NCBI GenBank assembly: GCA_036272395.1 | Contig: DATAYT010000216.1 | Location: 1 to 58,151 of the forward strand | Source: Xanthobacteraceae bacterium | GTDB lineage: Bacteria; Pseudomonadota; Alphaproteobacteria; Rhizobiales; Xanthobacteraceae | Reading direction: 5' to 3' | DNA: 58,151 nt | Made by a program: the position numbers and the translations under genes | Notes under the pieces: generated by a model | Told to the model about the DNA's origin: nothing | The model's input: only the letters and a program-made list of their open reading frames with translations | Database searches by the model: none | Shown: positions 17,353 through 26,858 of the stretch, one piece after another | Position numbering within the stretch: position 1 is the first letter of the stretch | How the letters are laid out: each line of letters opens with the position of its first letter

Positions 17353-17523
17353 CCGACCAGCATGAAATCGGACCCTTTCGGACCCTCGCCGGGCACCGCC
17401 GCCTGGGTGGCGTCGCGATAGAGGGGACATCGCGTGCACTCGCCTTCGACCACCGCCAGCGCCCGCAACGATTTGATGGAGCTACCGCTTTGGTCATCGG
17501 GCTGTTTGTCCATGAGGGCAGAA
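17353..17523 (-). pseudogene. Truncated family-4 uracil-DNA glycosylase remnant (N-terminal 56 codons only)
   Basis: Own translation: MDKQPDDQSGSSIKSLRALAVVEGECTRCPLYRDATQAAVPGEGPKGSDFMLVGER-stop. It matches the C-x-x-C-P-L...V-x-G-E-G...M-x-V-G-E-x-P-G signature, but a stop replaces the GE(Q)PG motif. Confidence 0.7.
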
Positions 17524-17667
17524 TGCCGGGCGGCCGCAAACGTTTAAAAGTGAGGGTATAAAGGTATCTTTATGTCTTTATTGCCGACGCCGCGCGGCCC
17601 TGCTAAAGCGTGATCCCGAACAGCACGCCGCCGCGGCGGCGCCGGCTTTCCACCGAAAAGGATGCTC

Positions 17668-19095
17668 ATGACAACGTCCGCGAAAACAAAAATGCATGCT
17701 TCAGCCGCCGATTACGTCGTCAAGGACATCGGTCTTGCGGATTGGGGCCGCAAGGAGATCGCCATCGCCGAAACCGAAATGCCCGGCCTGACGGCGACCC
17801 GCGAGGAATATGGGCCGCAACAACCGCTGCGCGGCGCCCGCATCGCCGGCTCGTTGCATATGACCATTCAGACTGCTGTGTTGATCGAGACGCTGACAGC
17901 CCTCGGCGCCGACGTGCGCTGGGCCTCATGCAACATTTATTCGACCCAGGACCATGCCGCCGCCGCCATCGCAGCCGGCGGCACGCCGGTCTTCGCGGTC
18001 AAGGGCGAGACGCTGCAGGAATATTGGAACTACACCCACCGGATTTTCGAATGGGCCGACGGTGGCGGCCCTAACATGATCCTCGACGATGGCGGCGACG
18101 CCACGCTGCTTCTGCATCTCGGCATGCAGGCCGAGAGCAATGCCGGCGTGATCGCGCATCCGGGCAATGAGGAAGAGGAAGTGTTGTTCGCTGCGATCGG
18201 CAAGCGGCTCAAGGAACGGCCGGGCTGGTATTCGACCGTCGCCAAAAATATCAAGGGCGTCACCGAGGAGACCACCACCGGCGTGCACCGGCTCTATCAG
18301 ATGGAGCGGGAAGGGCGGCTGTTGTTTCCGGCCATCAATGTCAACGACAGCGTCACCAAGTCAAAATTCGATAATCTCTACGGCTGCCGCGAGTCGCTGG
18401 TCGACGGCATCCGCCGCGGCACCGACGTGATGATGGCCGGCAAGATCGCAATGGTCGCGGGCTTCGGCGACGTCGGCAAAGGCTCGGCGGCGTCGCTGCG
18501 TCAGGCCGGTTGCCGTGTCATGGTTGCCGAGATCGATCCGATCTGTGCGCTGCAGGCCGCCATGGAAGGTTATGAAGTCGCCACCATGGAGGACGCGGCG
18601 CCGCGTGCCGACATTTTTGTCACCGCGACCGGCAATGTCGACGTCATCACCATCGAGCACATGCGCAAGATGAAGCATCGCGCGATCGTCGCAAATATCG
18701 GCCACTTCGACAGCGAGATTCAGGTGGCCTCGCTGCGCAACTTGAAATGGCACAACGTCAAGCCCCAGGTCGACGAGATCGAATTCCCCGACGGCAAGCG
18801 CATCATTCTGCTGTCGGAAGGCCGCCTCGTTAATCTCGGCAACGCCATGGGCCACCCGAGCTTTGTCATGTCGTCATCCTTTACCAACCAGACGCTGGCG
18901 CAGATCGAGCTGTGGACCAATCCCGACAAGTATCAGAACAAGGTCTACACGCTGCCAAAGCAGCTCGACGAAAAGGTGGCGCGGTTGCATCTCGACAAGA
19001 TCGGGGTGAAACTGACCAAGCTGTCGGACAAGCAGGCAAATTATATCGGCGTACCGGTGCACGGGCCGTACAAGTCCGATCACTACCGATATTGA
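17668..19095 (+). CDS. ahcY: Adenosylhomocysteinase
   Basis: Full-length match to SAH hydrolase ([28 protein letters not shown]-binding site). ATG 17668 is preferred to 17662 on AAGGA spacing. Confidence 0.97.
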   Translation: MTTSAKTKMHASAADYVVKDIGLADWGRKEIAIAETEMPGLTATREEYGPQQPLRGARIAGSLHMTIQTAVLIETLTALGADVRWASCNIYSTQDHAAAAIAAGGTPVFAVKGETLQEYWNYTHRIFEWADGGGPNMILDDGGDATLLLHLGMQAESNAGVIAHPGNEEEEVLFAAIGKRLKERPGWYSTVAKNIKGVTEETTTGVHRLYQMEREGRLLFPAINVNDSVTKSKFDNLYGCRESLVDGIRRGTDVMMAGKIAMVAGFGDVGKGSAASLRQAGCRVMVAEIDPICALQAAMEGYEVATMEDAAPRADIFVTATGNVDVITIEHMRKMKHRAIVANIGHFDSEIQVASLRNLKWHNVKPQVDEIEFPDGKRIILLSEGRLVNLGNAMGHPSFVMSSSFTNQTLAQIELWTNPDKYQNKVYTLPKQLDEKVARLHLDKIGVKLTKLSDKQANYIGVPVHGPYKSDHYRY

Positions 19096-19400
19096 TCAGA
19101 GTAAATGTGTCCCGGATGTAGCGCAGCACGAAGTGGTGCGCTCCTGAACCGGGACCTTCGAACACTGAATTGCTCTTGCCGCAGCTGGTCGATGACCAAC
19201 ACGGCGAAATAGATCAACAGCACGAGCGTGCCGAGCACCATGGCGCTGTGTCGATAGGCCCAGACGGTGAAAGCCTCGCCGACCGCATCGTTGCCGGCGA
19301 GCGTCACCAGGGCGAAACTTAGGAGGAGCACCGCGCGGCCCAGTCTGCCGGTGCTCTGATCACGGCAAGACGGCAACGCGATGCGATCGACAGCAATCAT
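19083..19400 (-). CDS. Hypothetical small two-TM membrane protein
   Basis: Third codon positions are G/C-rich through the TM part. The tail reads through the 19109-19155 palindrome and overlaps the ahcY end, so the true C-terminus is uncertain. Confidence 0.4.
   Translation of the reverse strand: MIAVDRIALPSCRDQSTGRLGRAVLLLSFALVTLAGNDAVGEAFTVWAYRHSAMVLGTLVLLIYFAVLVIDQLRQEQFSVRRSRFRSAPLRAALHPGHIYSDQYR
19109..19155. repeat. REP-like nested hairpin downstream of ahcY (possible terminator)
   Basis: GTCCCGG...CCGGGAC outer stem. Inner stem is AGCGCAGCAC-GAA-GTGGTGCGCT, 10 bp with one mismatch. Confidence 0.5.
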
Positions 19401-19488
19401 CCGCTTGACGCAACAGGACAGCGATTCGCCAACGGCGCCGGTGCGACTTGGTTCCGTGATTTTCCCTCGCAAGGGGGAGGGAAGCCTG

Positions 19489-21021
19489 CTACCGCGGCGG
19501 AATAATCGCGATCTGGTAATCGACCGGCGTGTCGGGTGAGCCGAAGAAGCGGCGCGTCAGCGCGACATCCTCGGTCTTGCCACCAAAGCGCGTCACGAGC
19601 GCGTTGAGTTCCTTGAGACAGCCCGGTTCCGTGCGCGGACACACGATGGCGATGCCTTCGCGGGCGATCCGCGCTGGGCCGACCCATGGCGTGCGCATCG
19701 GTTCGGTCACCACGAAGGTTGCCGGCGGATCGGCGAAATAGAAGTTGCTGCCGTCGACCACCGGCCGGTTGCCGCCGACGATGCGCAGCGGCGCGTTGGT
19801 CTGCGCGCGCCATGCGTGTTCGACCGCTTGCGCGATCAGCCGATAGTGGCTCGCATAATTGGTCACGCCCTGGCGATGGATAACGAGCGCGATGACCGGG
19901 GATGCGGCGAGCAGCAGCAGCGGAAAAATCAGAGCGAAAGCCAAAATATGAACCGCCGCGGTGCGGTTGACGTGGATCAACGGCGACGAAAACAACACGA
20001 CCGGCAGCAAGGTCATTGCCGACATCGACCACAAGGGATCCAGGTCCGCACGCGCTGGCACGGCGACCAGAGCGGCGAGCACGAGCGGCGCGGCAAAAGC
20101 GATCAGAATTGTTCGCCGTTCGGGCGCTTGCGGCCACAGCATGTCTTTGATCGCCGCGAGGCTCGGTAGCGTGGCGAGCGCGCCGAGCACGATCGGGACG
20201 GCGATATAGCCGATTACGCTGGCGAGAAAATAAAGCGAGCCAATTGTGGCGCGGGCCAGCGTAGTGGCGTGCGAGGTGAAGGCAAAGTCGACGGTGGTGA
20301 AGCCGTGGGTCGCGATCCAATAAACATGCGGTGCCAGCACCGCGGCGCCGGCGGCGACGGTCAGCCACGGCGCCGGCGAACGGAAATAGGCGGCGCAGCG
20401 CGGGTCGCTCAACGCGGCGAGCCCGAGCCCGGCGAGCAGAAAGATCGACCAATATTTGCCGAGCATGGCGGCGCCGGCGGCAAAACCGGCCAGCGCCGCG
20501 AAACCGGCGCGGCGAGTTTCGAATGAGAGCAGGAACCACCAGGTGGTGGCCGCCCAGAACGGCGTGAGCACCGAACTCGCGTTGTATTTCAGCGCATGGA
20601 AATTATAGAACGGCAGCAGGCTCAACAGCGCCAGTCCAACCACGCGCTTTTCCGCGGTCAGATACCGGCCGGCGAGCCGCCACGCGATCCACAGCGCCAG
20701 CGTCGCAAAAAGAATTCCAAACAGATAAAACGCCCAGTCCTGCCGCGGCATTATCAGGAACCAGGCGCGGGTGAGCCAGGCGCCGAGCGGCGGATGGGTC
20801 GGCGCGCTTAAAGACACCTGGTGCGACCAGGCGAACATTTCGCCGATGTCGAAATGCAGGTCTTGGCTTGCCTTGGCGATGGCGCCGTAGAGCGACCAGG
20901 CCGCGGCATAGCCGGCGAGAAGGACGAACATGGTACGCTCGCTCTTCGCCGGATCGATCAGCGCGGCAAAAATCCGTTCGAACGGATTGCGGCTTACGCC
21001 TGCTTTTTCGGCGAGGGTCAT
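19489..21021 (-). CDS. ArnT/PMT_2-type membrane glycosyltransferase (GT39/GT83-like)
   Basis: Multi-TM protein with an N-terminal glycosyltransferase loop region (DLHFDIGEMFAWSHQ). I chose ATG 21021, just after the stop of the upstream GT9 gene. Confidence 0.85.
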   Translation of the reverse strand: MTLAEKAGVSRNPFERIFAALIDPAKSERTMFVLLAGYAAAWSLYGAIAKASQDLHFDIGEMFAWSHQVSLSAPTHPPLGAWLTRAWFLIMPRQDWAFYLFGILFATLALWIAWRLAGRYLTAEKRVVGLALLSLLPFYNFHALKYNASSVLTPFWAATTWWFLLSFETRRAGFAALAGFAAGAAMLGKYWSIFLLAGLGLAALSDPRCAAYFRSPAPWLTVAAGAAVLAPHVYWIATHGFTTVDFAFTSHATTLARATIGSLYFLASVIGYIAVPIVLGALATLPSLAAIKDMLWPQAPERRTILIAFAAPLVLAALVAVPARADLDPLWSMSAMTLLPVVLFSSPLIHVNRTAAVHILAFALIFPLLLLAASPVIALVIHRQGVTNYASHYRLIAQAVEHAWRAQTNAPLRIVGGNRPVVDGSNFYFADPPATFVVTEPMRTPWVGPARIAREGIAIVCPRTEPGCLKELNALVTRFGGKTEDVALTRRFFGSPDTPVDYQIAIIPPR

Positions 21022-21034
21022 GCGCGGAGCGGTT

Positions 21035-22267
21035 CTATTGGGATGCCGCCGCAGCGCGGGGCGCCGCCAGCACCTCGGCGACCGCGGCATAGACTTCATC
21101 GACCGCGATCGCGCGCATGCAGACATTGTCGGTGCAGGCGGTCTTACGATGGTTATGAGCGGTGACACAAGGCGAACAAGCGAGCCCGGCGTAGATTGCG
21201 CGCGACGTGCCGAGCGGCTGGTAGAGCTTCGGCGTCTCGGGACCGAACAGCACGATGGTGGGAAGTCCGGCTGCCGCGGAAAAATGCGCCGGTCCGGAAT
21301 CGTTACTCACCATCAGCGTCGCTTGCGCATAGAGCGCCGGCAGGTCGGCAAGGCTCGAGTGCCCGGCGAACGATACCGAGCGCGGTCCATTGATACGCGC
21401 CAGCTCTTCGGCTCTGGCGCGCTCTTCCGGCGCGCCAGTAATCAGCACGAGCACATCGTCATGGGCGGCGAGGATGCGGCCGATCACTTCGGCAAATCGC
21501 TCCGGCATCCAGCGCCGGTGCGGCAATAGCTCGCTCGCGTTCGGATTGATCAGAACGAGGCGCTGGCGTGCCGGATCAAACGGCACCAGCGCCCGGATGC
21601 GTTCGAGCAGGCGCTCGCGCGCCTCGCCGTCCGGCGGCGGCAGCGCCACTTTGAGCTGATCGTCGCCGATCAAGGTCTTGGAATAGGGCACCGTGGGCGC
21701 CGGAGCGGCGAGTGCATCGACCAGCGCGATGAAGTTTTTGGCGATGTGGATATGCGGATTGTAGGCGACGCGGTGCGTGAGCATCGCGCCGCGATAGAGC
21801 CCTTCATTGTGAAAGCGATGAAAGCCGACGCGCCGCTCGGCGCCGCTCAGACCGCTTAACAAGGCGGTGAAGCGCGAGAACAGTTCCAGGTCGACGACCG
21901 TGTCGATGTCCTTGGTGCGGCACCAGCGTAGGAAGGCGAGTGTGTCGCGCGCGAGCGCGAACAGCGATTTGTCGGAGATCGTGAAGACGTTGTCGCCGGG
22001 AAATGTCCCCAACAGGTCGAGCGAGCCGGCATTGCGCTTGAAAATCACGAAGAACAGTTCGGCGGAAAGTTCATTGCGCGCCTTGCGCATCGCCGGGTCG
22101 GCGAGGATGGTCGTGCCCATTTCCGACAATTCGACGAACAGGATGCGCCGTGTCGGCTGCGTGGCGCGGGGGCGAAAGGCGTCGCGCAAGCGCACAAGCA
22201 GCGTCGCGGCGGCGCACAGCGGCACACCGGCCCAATGATCGATGCGGCGCATCGTATCGACGTTCAT
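21035..22267 (-). CDS. Glycosyltransferase family 9 (heptosyltransferase-like)
   Basis: C-terminal GT9 signature [28 protein letters not shown]. Confidence 0.85.
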   Translation of the reverse strand: MNVDTMRRIDHWAGVPLCAAATLLVRLRDAFRPRATQPTRRILFVELSEMGTTILADPAMRKARNELSAELFFVIFKRNAGSLDLLGTFPGDNVFTISDKSLFALARDTLAFLRWCRTKDIDTVVDLELFSRFTALLSGLSGAERRVGFHRFHNEGLYRGAMLTHRVAYNPHIHIAKNFIALVDALAAPAPTVPYSKTLIGDDQLKVALPPPDGEARERLLERIRALVPFDPARQRLVLINPNASELLPHRRWMPERFAEVIGRILAAHDDVLVLITGAPEERARAEELARINGPRSVSFAGHSSLADLPALYAQATLMVSNDSGPAHFSAAAGLPTIVLFGPETPKLYQPLGTSRAIYAGLACSPCVTAHNHRKTACTDNVCMRAIAVDEVYAAVAEVLAAPRAAAASQ

Positions 22268-22397
22268 CGGATGGTCACCTTTGCAGGGGCCGGTCCGTCA
22301 GAGAGCGGTTCTACCGCGTTCGCCTTCCCTTTGGGAATCGGAAGTCTTGCTGCATCAAGTCTTGCCGCTTCCCAAGACGGATGTTATCTGCGCCGCC

Positions 22398-24203
22398 ATG
22401 AGCGCGGTTCCCACCGAAAAAATCCGTAACTTCGCCATCATCGCCCATATCGACCACGGCAAATCGACGCTTGCCGACCGCCTGATCCAGCTCACCGGGG
22501 CGCTCGAGGAGCGTGAAATGGTCGATCAGGTGCTCGATTCCATGGATATCGAGCGCGAACGCGGCATCACCATCAAGGCGCAGACCGTGCGGCTCAACTA
22601 CCGCGCGCGCGACGGCAAGGATTACGTGCTCAATCTCATCGACACGCCCGGCCACGTCGATTTCGCCTATGAGGTCAACCGCTCGCTGGCCGCCTGTGAG
22701 GGCTCTCTTCTCATCGTCGACGCTTCGCAGGGCGTCGAGGCGCAGACGCTCGCCAATGTTTATCAGGCGATCGACAACAATCACGAGATCGTGCCGGTGC
22801 TCAATAAGGTCGATCTCCCCGCGGCCGAGCCGGACAAGGTCAAGCAGCAGATCGAAGACGTGATCGGGCTCGACGCCTCGGACGCGATCCTGATCTCGGC
22901 CAAGACCGGCGACAATGTGCCGGAAGTGCTGGAAGCGATCGTGCATCGGCTGCCGCCGCCGAAAGGCGATGCGGCGGCGCCGCTAAAAGCGCTCTTGGTC
23001 GACAGCTGGTACGATTCCTATCTCGGCGTCGTCGTGTTGTTTCGGGTCGTCGATGGCGTCCTGAAAAAAGGCCAGCGCATCCGCATGATGGGCACCGGCG
23101 CGGCCTACGAAGTCGACCGCGTCGGCGTGTTCACGCCCAAGCGCGTCGAGCTCGACGAACTCGGCCCCGGCGAGATCGGTTTTCTCACCGCTTCGATCAA
23201 GGAAGTCGCCGACACCCGCGTCGGCGACACCATCACCGACGATCGCAAGCCGGTGGCCGCGCCGCTGCCGGGATTTCGCCCGGCGATCCCGGTGGTGTTT
23301 TGTGGCCTGTTTCCGGTCGACGCCGCCGATTTCGAAGCGCTGCGCGCCGCCATGGGCAAGCTTCGCCTCAACGACGCGAGCTTTTCGTATGAAATGGAGA
23401 CTTCCGCCGCGCTCGGCTTCGGCTTCCGCTGCGGTTTTCTTGGCCTTCTTCACCTCGAAATCATCCAGGAGCGGCTGCACCGCGAATTCAATCTCAACCT
23501 GATCGCGACCGCGCCGTCGGTGATCTACAAGATCAAGCTGCGCAACGGCCAGGAACTGGAAATCCACAATCCGGTCGACATGCCGGACCCAAACTACATC
23601 GAGGAAATGCAGGAGCCGTGGATCGAGGCGACGATCCTCACGCCCGATGAATATCTCGGTGCCGTGCTCAAGCTCTGCCAGGACCGCCGCGGCGAGCAGA
23701 AGGAGCTCACTTACGTCGGCAACCGCGCGCTGGTGAAATACAATTTGCCGCTCAACGAAGTGGTGTTCGATTTCTACGACCGGCTGAAATCGGTGTCGCG
23801 CGGCTATGCCTCGTTCGACTATCACCTGACTGATTATCGTCCGTCCGATCTGGTCAAGCTGCAGATGCTGGTCAACGGCGAGCCGGTCGACGCGCTCGCC
23901 ATGCTGGTGCATCGCACCCGCGCCGAGCAACGCGGCCGCGCCATGGCGGAAAAGCTCAAGGAGCTCATTCCGCCGCATATGTTCCAGGTGCCGATCCAGG
24001 CTGCGATCGGCGGCAAGATCATCGCGCGCGAGACGGTGCGCGCGTTTAGGAAAGACGTCACGGCCAAGTGCTACGGTGGCGATGTCACCCGCAAGCGCAA
24101 GCTTCTCGAGAAGCAGAAAGAGGGCAAGAAGCGCATGCGCCAGTTCGGCAAGGTCGACATCCCGCAGGAAGCCTTCATCGCCGCGCTCAAAGTGGACGTG
24201 TGA
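22398..24203 (+). CDS. lepA: Elongation factor 4
   Basis: [22 protein letters not shown]1 motif, [13 protein letters not shown], and the LepA C-terminal domain. Confidence 0.97.
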   Translation: MSAVPTEKIRNFAIIAHIDHGKSTLADRLIQLTGALEEREMVDQVLDSMDIERERGITIKAQTVRLNYRARDGKDYVLNLIDTPGHVDFAYEVNRSLAACEGSLLIVDASQGVEAQTLANVYQAIDNNHEIVPVLNKVDLPAAEPDKVKQQIEDVIGLDASDAILISAKTGDNVPEVLEAIVHRLPPPKGDAAAPLKALLVDSWYDSYLGVVVLFRVVDGVLKKGQRIRMMGTGAAYEVDRVGVFTPKRVELDELGPGEIGFLTASIKEVADTRVGDTITDDRKPVAAPLPGFRPAIPVVFCGLFPVDAADFEALRAAMGKLRLNDASFSYEMETSAALGFGFRCGFLGLLHLEIIQERLHREFNLNLIATAPSVIYKIKLRNGQELEIHNPVDMPDPNYIEEMQEPWIEATILTPDEYLGAVLKLCQDRRGEQKELTYVGNRALVKYNLPLNEVVFDFYDRLKSVSRGYASFDYHLTDYRPSDLVKLQMLVNGEPVDALAMLVHRTRAEQRGRAMAEKLKELIPPHMFQVPIQAAIGGKIIARETVRAFRKDVTAKCYGGDVTRKRKLLEKQKEGKKRMRQFGKVDIPQEAFIAALKVDV

Positions 24204-24240
24204 GCTTCGCTAACTAATTCTCCAGAGATCAGTTGGGCGC

Positions 24241-25140
24241 CTAAGCAGCCACGACGGCGAGGCCTTCCTGCTCACAGGAATTGGCAATGTCGGACACGCT
24301 GGCGCGCTGCATGTCGCGTTTTAAGCGCAGGTCGTCGAAGCCGGTTCCGCGATGCATGGTGCAGCGATCGTCCCAAATCACCAGGTCGTGGACGCGCCAG
24401 CGATGCGTGTAGACGAACTGCCGCTGGGTCGCGTGCGCTATGAGTTCATCGATCAGCGCCCGCCCCTCCCGCTCGGGCATGCCGAAAATGCGGCCGGCAT
24501 GGGACGCGAGATAAAGCGATTTGCGGCCTGACTCGGGGATGACGCGCACCATTGCTTGCGGCACCGGCGGCATACCCTGTCGCTCTTCGTCGCTGAACTC
24601 GGTAAAGCCCAGTCGCGCGCGGGAGTAGAAGATCGCGTGCTCCGCGACCAAGCCTTGGAGCCGCCGCTTCATGTCTTCCGACAGCGCGTCGTAGGCGGCG
24701 CGCTCATCGGCAAATTCAGTGTGGCCGCCGACCGGCGGAATCGAACGGGCATAGAGCAGCGAAGCGCGGGCCGGCAGGCGCTTGAACGAGCTGTCGGTGT
24801 GCCACAGCCGGTTGCCGAGCTCGAACATGCGTCGTCGCGAATTCTCGCCCCAGACCTTGTTGTCGGCGTCGAGATTGGAGACGTCGGCGAACTCCTTGCG
24901 CACGCGTAATTTCGCATCTTTACGGAACAGCGCGATCGTGGTCTCGAGCGGACCGAAGTTTCTGGCGAAGTCGAGATGCTGGTCCTGCGATAGATGCTGA
25001 TCGGGGAAGATCAGCACGACATAGGTCGTGAACGCCTCTTTCACGGCCAGGAGGTCGGCCGGTTCGAGCGGCTTCGACAAATCGATTTCGCCGATTTCAG
25101 CGACAAAACCGGGGGTGACGGGACAAACGGTGATAGGCAT
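24241..25140 (-). CDS. TauD/TfdA-family Fe(II)/2-oxoglutarate dioxygenase
   Basis: WHTDSSF His-x-Asp facial-triad motif and a distal His in RCTMHRG. GGAGGA SD lies before ATG 25140. Confidence 0.9.
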   Translation of the reverse strand: MPITVCPVTPGFVAEIGEIDLSKPLEPADLLAVKEAFTTYVVLIFPDQHLSQDQHLDFARNFGPLETTIALFRKDAKLRVRKEFADVSNLDADNKVWGENSRRRMFELGNRLWHTDSSFKRLPARASLLYARSIPPVGGHTEFADERAAYDALSEDMKRRLQGLVAEHAIFYSRARLGFTEFSDEERQGMPPVPQAMVRVIPESGRKSLYLASHAGRIFGMPEREGRALIDELIAHATQRQFVYTHRWRVHDLVIWDDRCTMHRGTGFDDLRLKRDMQRASVSDIANSCEQEGLAVVAA

Positions 25141-25422
25141 GGGCCAATTCCTCCGCACTGTATCCTACGCTTGGAGACGCACACCGAGGAGTGGCTGTGT
25201 CGGCTGTGAGAGCAAGGAGCTCCACGTCCACGGCCCGGATTTCCTGATCGAAATCGAGGCCATCGCAGCCGCCTAATTGTGGCAGGTTCCATCGCCGCAA
25301 AAAAGCTGCTTGAGGGCAACCGTGTCGGCACGCTGGGAGGGGGCGTGTGTGTCTTTCCAACACTAGAGGAGCGCGAGTCCGCGCCTGTAGGGTGAGCGGT
25401 CATGACAAGGGGAGTTACTTCC

Positions 25423-25536
25423 ATGAAGAAGCTCGCTTTATCACTGGCCGCGGTGCTTGCTCTCCTCAGCATCGCGGGTTGTGCGCAGTACTACGGCAAG
25501 GGCAAAGCCCCTCCGCCGGTCGTTACTAAAGGCTAA
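25423..25536 (+). CDS. 37-aa lipoprotein (below the ORF-track cutoff)
   Basis: Own translation: MKKLALSLAAVLALLSIAGCAQYYGKGKAPPPVVTKG. It has a lipobox (LSIAG-C) and an AAGGGGAG SD upstream, and is followed by a strong intrinsic terminator. Confidence 0.65.
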   Translation: MKKLALSLAAVLALLSIAGCAQYYGKGKAPPPVVTKG

Positions 25537-25558
25537 GCACGCGTTGGGGGGAGTGAGG

Positions 25559-25590
25559 GGACCGGCCGTCGTGCCGGTCCTCTTCTTTTT
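25559..25590 (+). terminator. Rho-independent terminator
   Basis: GGACCGGC-CGTCGT-GCCGGTCC, a perfect 8-bp stem, followed by TCTTCTTTTT. Confidence 0.75.
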
Positions 25591-25644
25591 GGAGGTTGCT
25601 TCTCCCCGTTGCGCAGAAAGAAGGGGCGCGCAAGCAAGTCCATA

Positions 25645-26094
25645 CTAATGAATAACGATCGTGGTCGCACTCATGCCTTCGCGCTGCACAAGGCCGAACA
25701 GGATCGCGGCGTTGCCGGGATCGAGCCGGACGCAGCCGTGCGAGGCCGGGCGGCCGAGATGCGAAATCTCGTAACTGCCATGGATGGCGAAGCCGCCGTA
25801 GAAGAAGATCGAATGCGGCATCGGCGAATTGTAATATTTGCGCGAGAACCAGTGCCGCGCCAGCATTTCCGGGTGATAGGTGCCGGGCGGGGTGATGTAG
25901 CCGCGCCGGGCGGTGGAGACGCGCCAGTTGTAGCGCGGCACGCCATCGACGGCCACCGCCATGCGCTGCACGGAACGATCGATGTCAACGACGACGGCGG
26001 CGCTGGCGCCTCTCGTCAGCGCGACAGTGAATACCAGCGCGGCCAGTACCCAGTACAAGGGACGCATGGCAGGCCCCGACAGCCTTCCCGACAT
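25645..26094 (-). CDS. L,D-transpeptidase (YkuD domain)
   Basis: Signal peptide plus the catalytic motif HGSYEISHLGRPASHGCVRL. Confidence 0.9.
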   Translation of the reverse strand: MSGRLSGPAMRPLYWVLAALVFTVALTRGASAAVVVDIDRSVQRMAVAVDGVPRYNWRVSTARRGYITPPGTYHPEMLARHWFSRKYYNSPMPHSIFFYGGFAIHGSYEISHLGRPASHGCVRLDPGNAAILFGLVQREGMSATTIVIH

Positions 26095-26189
26095 AATCAG
26101 TATGTAACGCGAAGTGCTTGTATAGACGTTACCGAGAGTCCGTTTTCGGTGCGCAACTCATCGTGCCACAACTTCATCCAAATTGAATC

Positions 26190-26858
26190 ATGCCGGCTTT
26201 CGATCTCTTCACCATCGGTCATTCCAATATTCCGGCCGAGCGTTTTATCGCGCTGCTGCGCGGCGCCGGTGTCGATGCCATTGCCGATGTGCGGTCAATT
26301 CCCGCGTCGCGGTTTTGCCCCTGGTTTTCGGCGAAAAATCTCGCGCCGCTCTTGGCCGGCGCAACCATGGACTACGTGTTCTTCGGCGATGCGCTCGGCG
26401 GCCGGCCGCGCGATCCGTCGCTCTATTGCGACGGCGTCGCCGATTACGAGGCAATGTCGCAGCGGCCGGGTTTCCGGGCCGATCTCGATCGGTTGCTTAC
26501 GATGGCCGGGCGGCGGCGCCTTTGCCTGATGTGTTCGGAGCGCGATCCGCTTGACTGCCACCGCTGCCTGCTGGTCGCCCGCGCGCTGGCCGCGCGGGGC
26601 GTGAGCGTCGGACATATCCTGCATAACGGCGAAATCGAATCGCACATCGCTACCGAGCGGCGGCTTGTCAAAACCGCGGGTGGGTCCGGCGATCTCTTTG
26701 TAACTGGACAGGACGAGCGACTCGCGGCAGCGTATCGCCGCTGCGCGCGCGCCGTCGCGTACCGCCTCAAGGGCGCGAACAAGACGCCGGAGAAGACGGC
26801 GAACAAGAAGGCGACAACCATCAACAAGAAGAATCGCGCTAAGAAGAAGAGCCGCTGA
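26190..26858 (+). CDS. DUF488 domain protein with Lys-rich C-terminal tail
   Basis: FTIGHSN...CLMCSERDPLDCHRCLL DUF488 signature. The stop overlaps the mepA ATG by 1 nt (TGATG). Confidence 0.85.
   Translation: MPAFDLFTIGHSNIPAERFIALLRGAGVDAIADVRSIPASRFCPWFSAKNLAPLLAGATMDYVFFGDALGGRPRDPSLYCDGVADYEAMSQRPGFRADLDRLLTMAGRRRLCLMCSERDPLDCHRCLLVARALAARGVSVGHILHNGEIESHIATERRLVKTAGGSGDLFVTGQDERLAAAYRRCARAVAYRLKGANKTPEKTANKKATTINKKNRAKKKSR

Noticed and set aside
17213-17539. 108-aa minus-strand ORF from the track
   Set aside because: It is in a different frame from the UDG-like remnant and has Arg/Pro/Ala/Ser-rich shadow composition. It overlaps the convergent gene 16980-17330.
17540-17667. SAH riboswitch or other riboswitch in the ahcY leader
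   Set aside because: I could not find the conserved SAH-riboswitch core segments or a convincing pseudoknot by eye. An Rfam/Infernal scan would be needed, so no claim is made.
22983-23978. 331-aa minus-strand ORF inside lepA
   Set aside because: Antisense shadow of a universally conserved gene. The composition is not protein-like.
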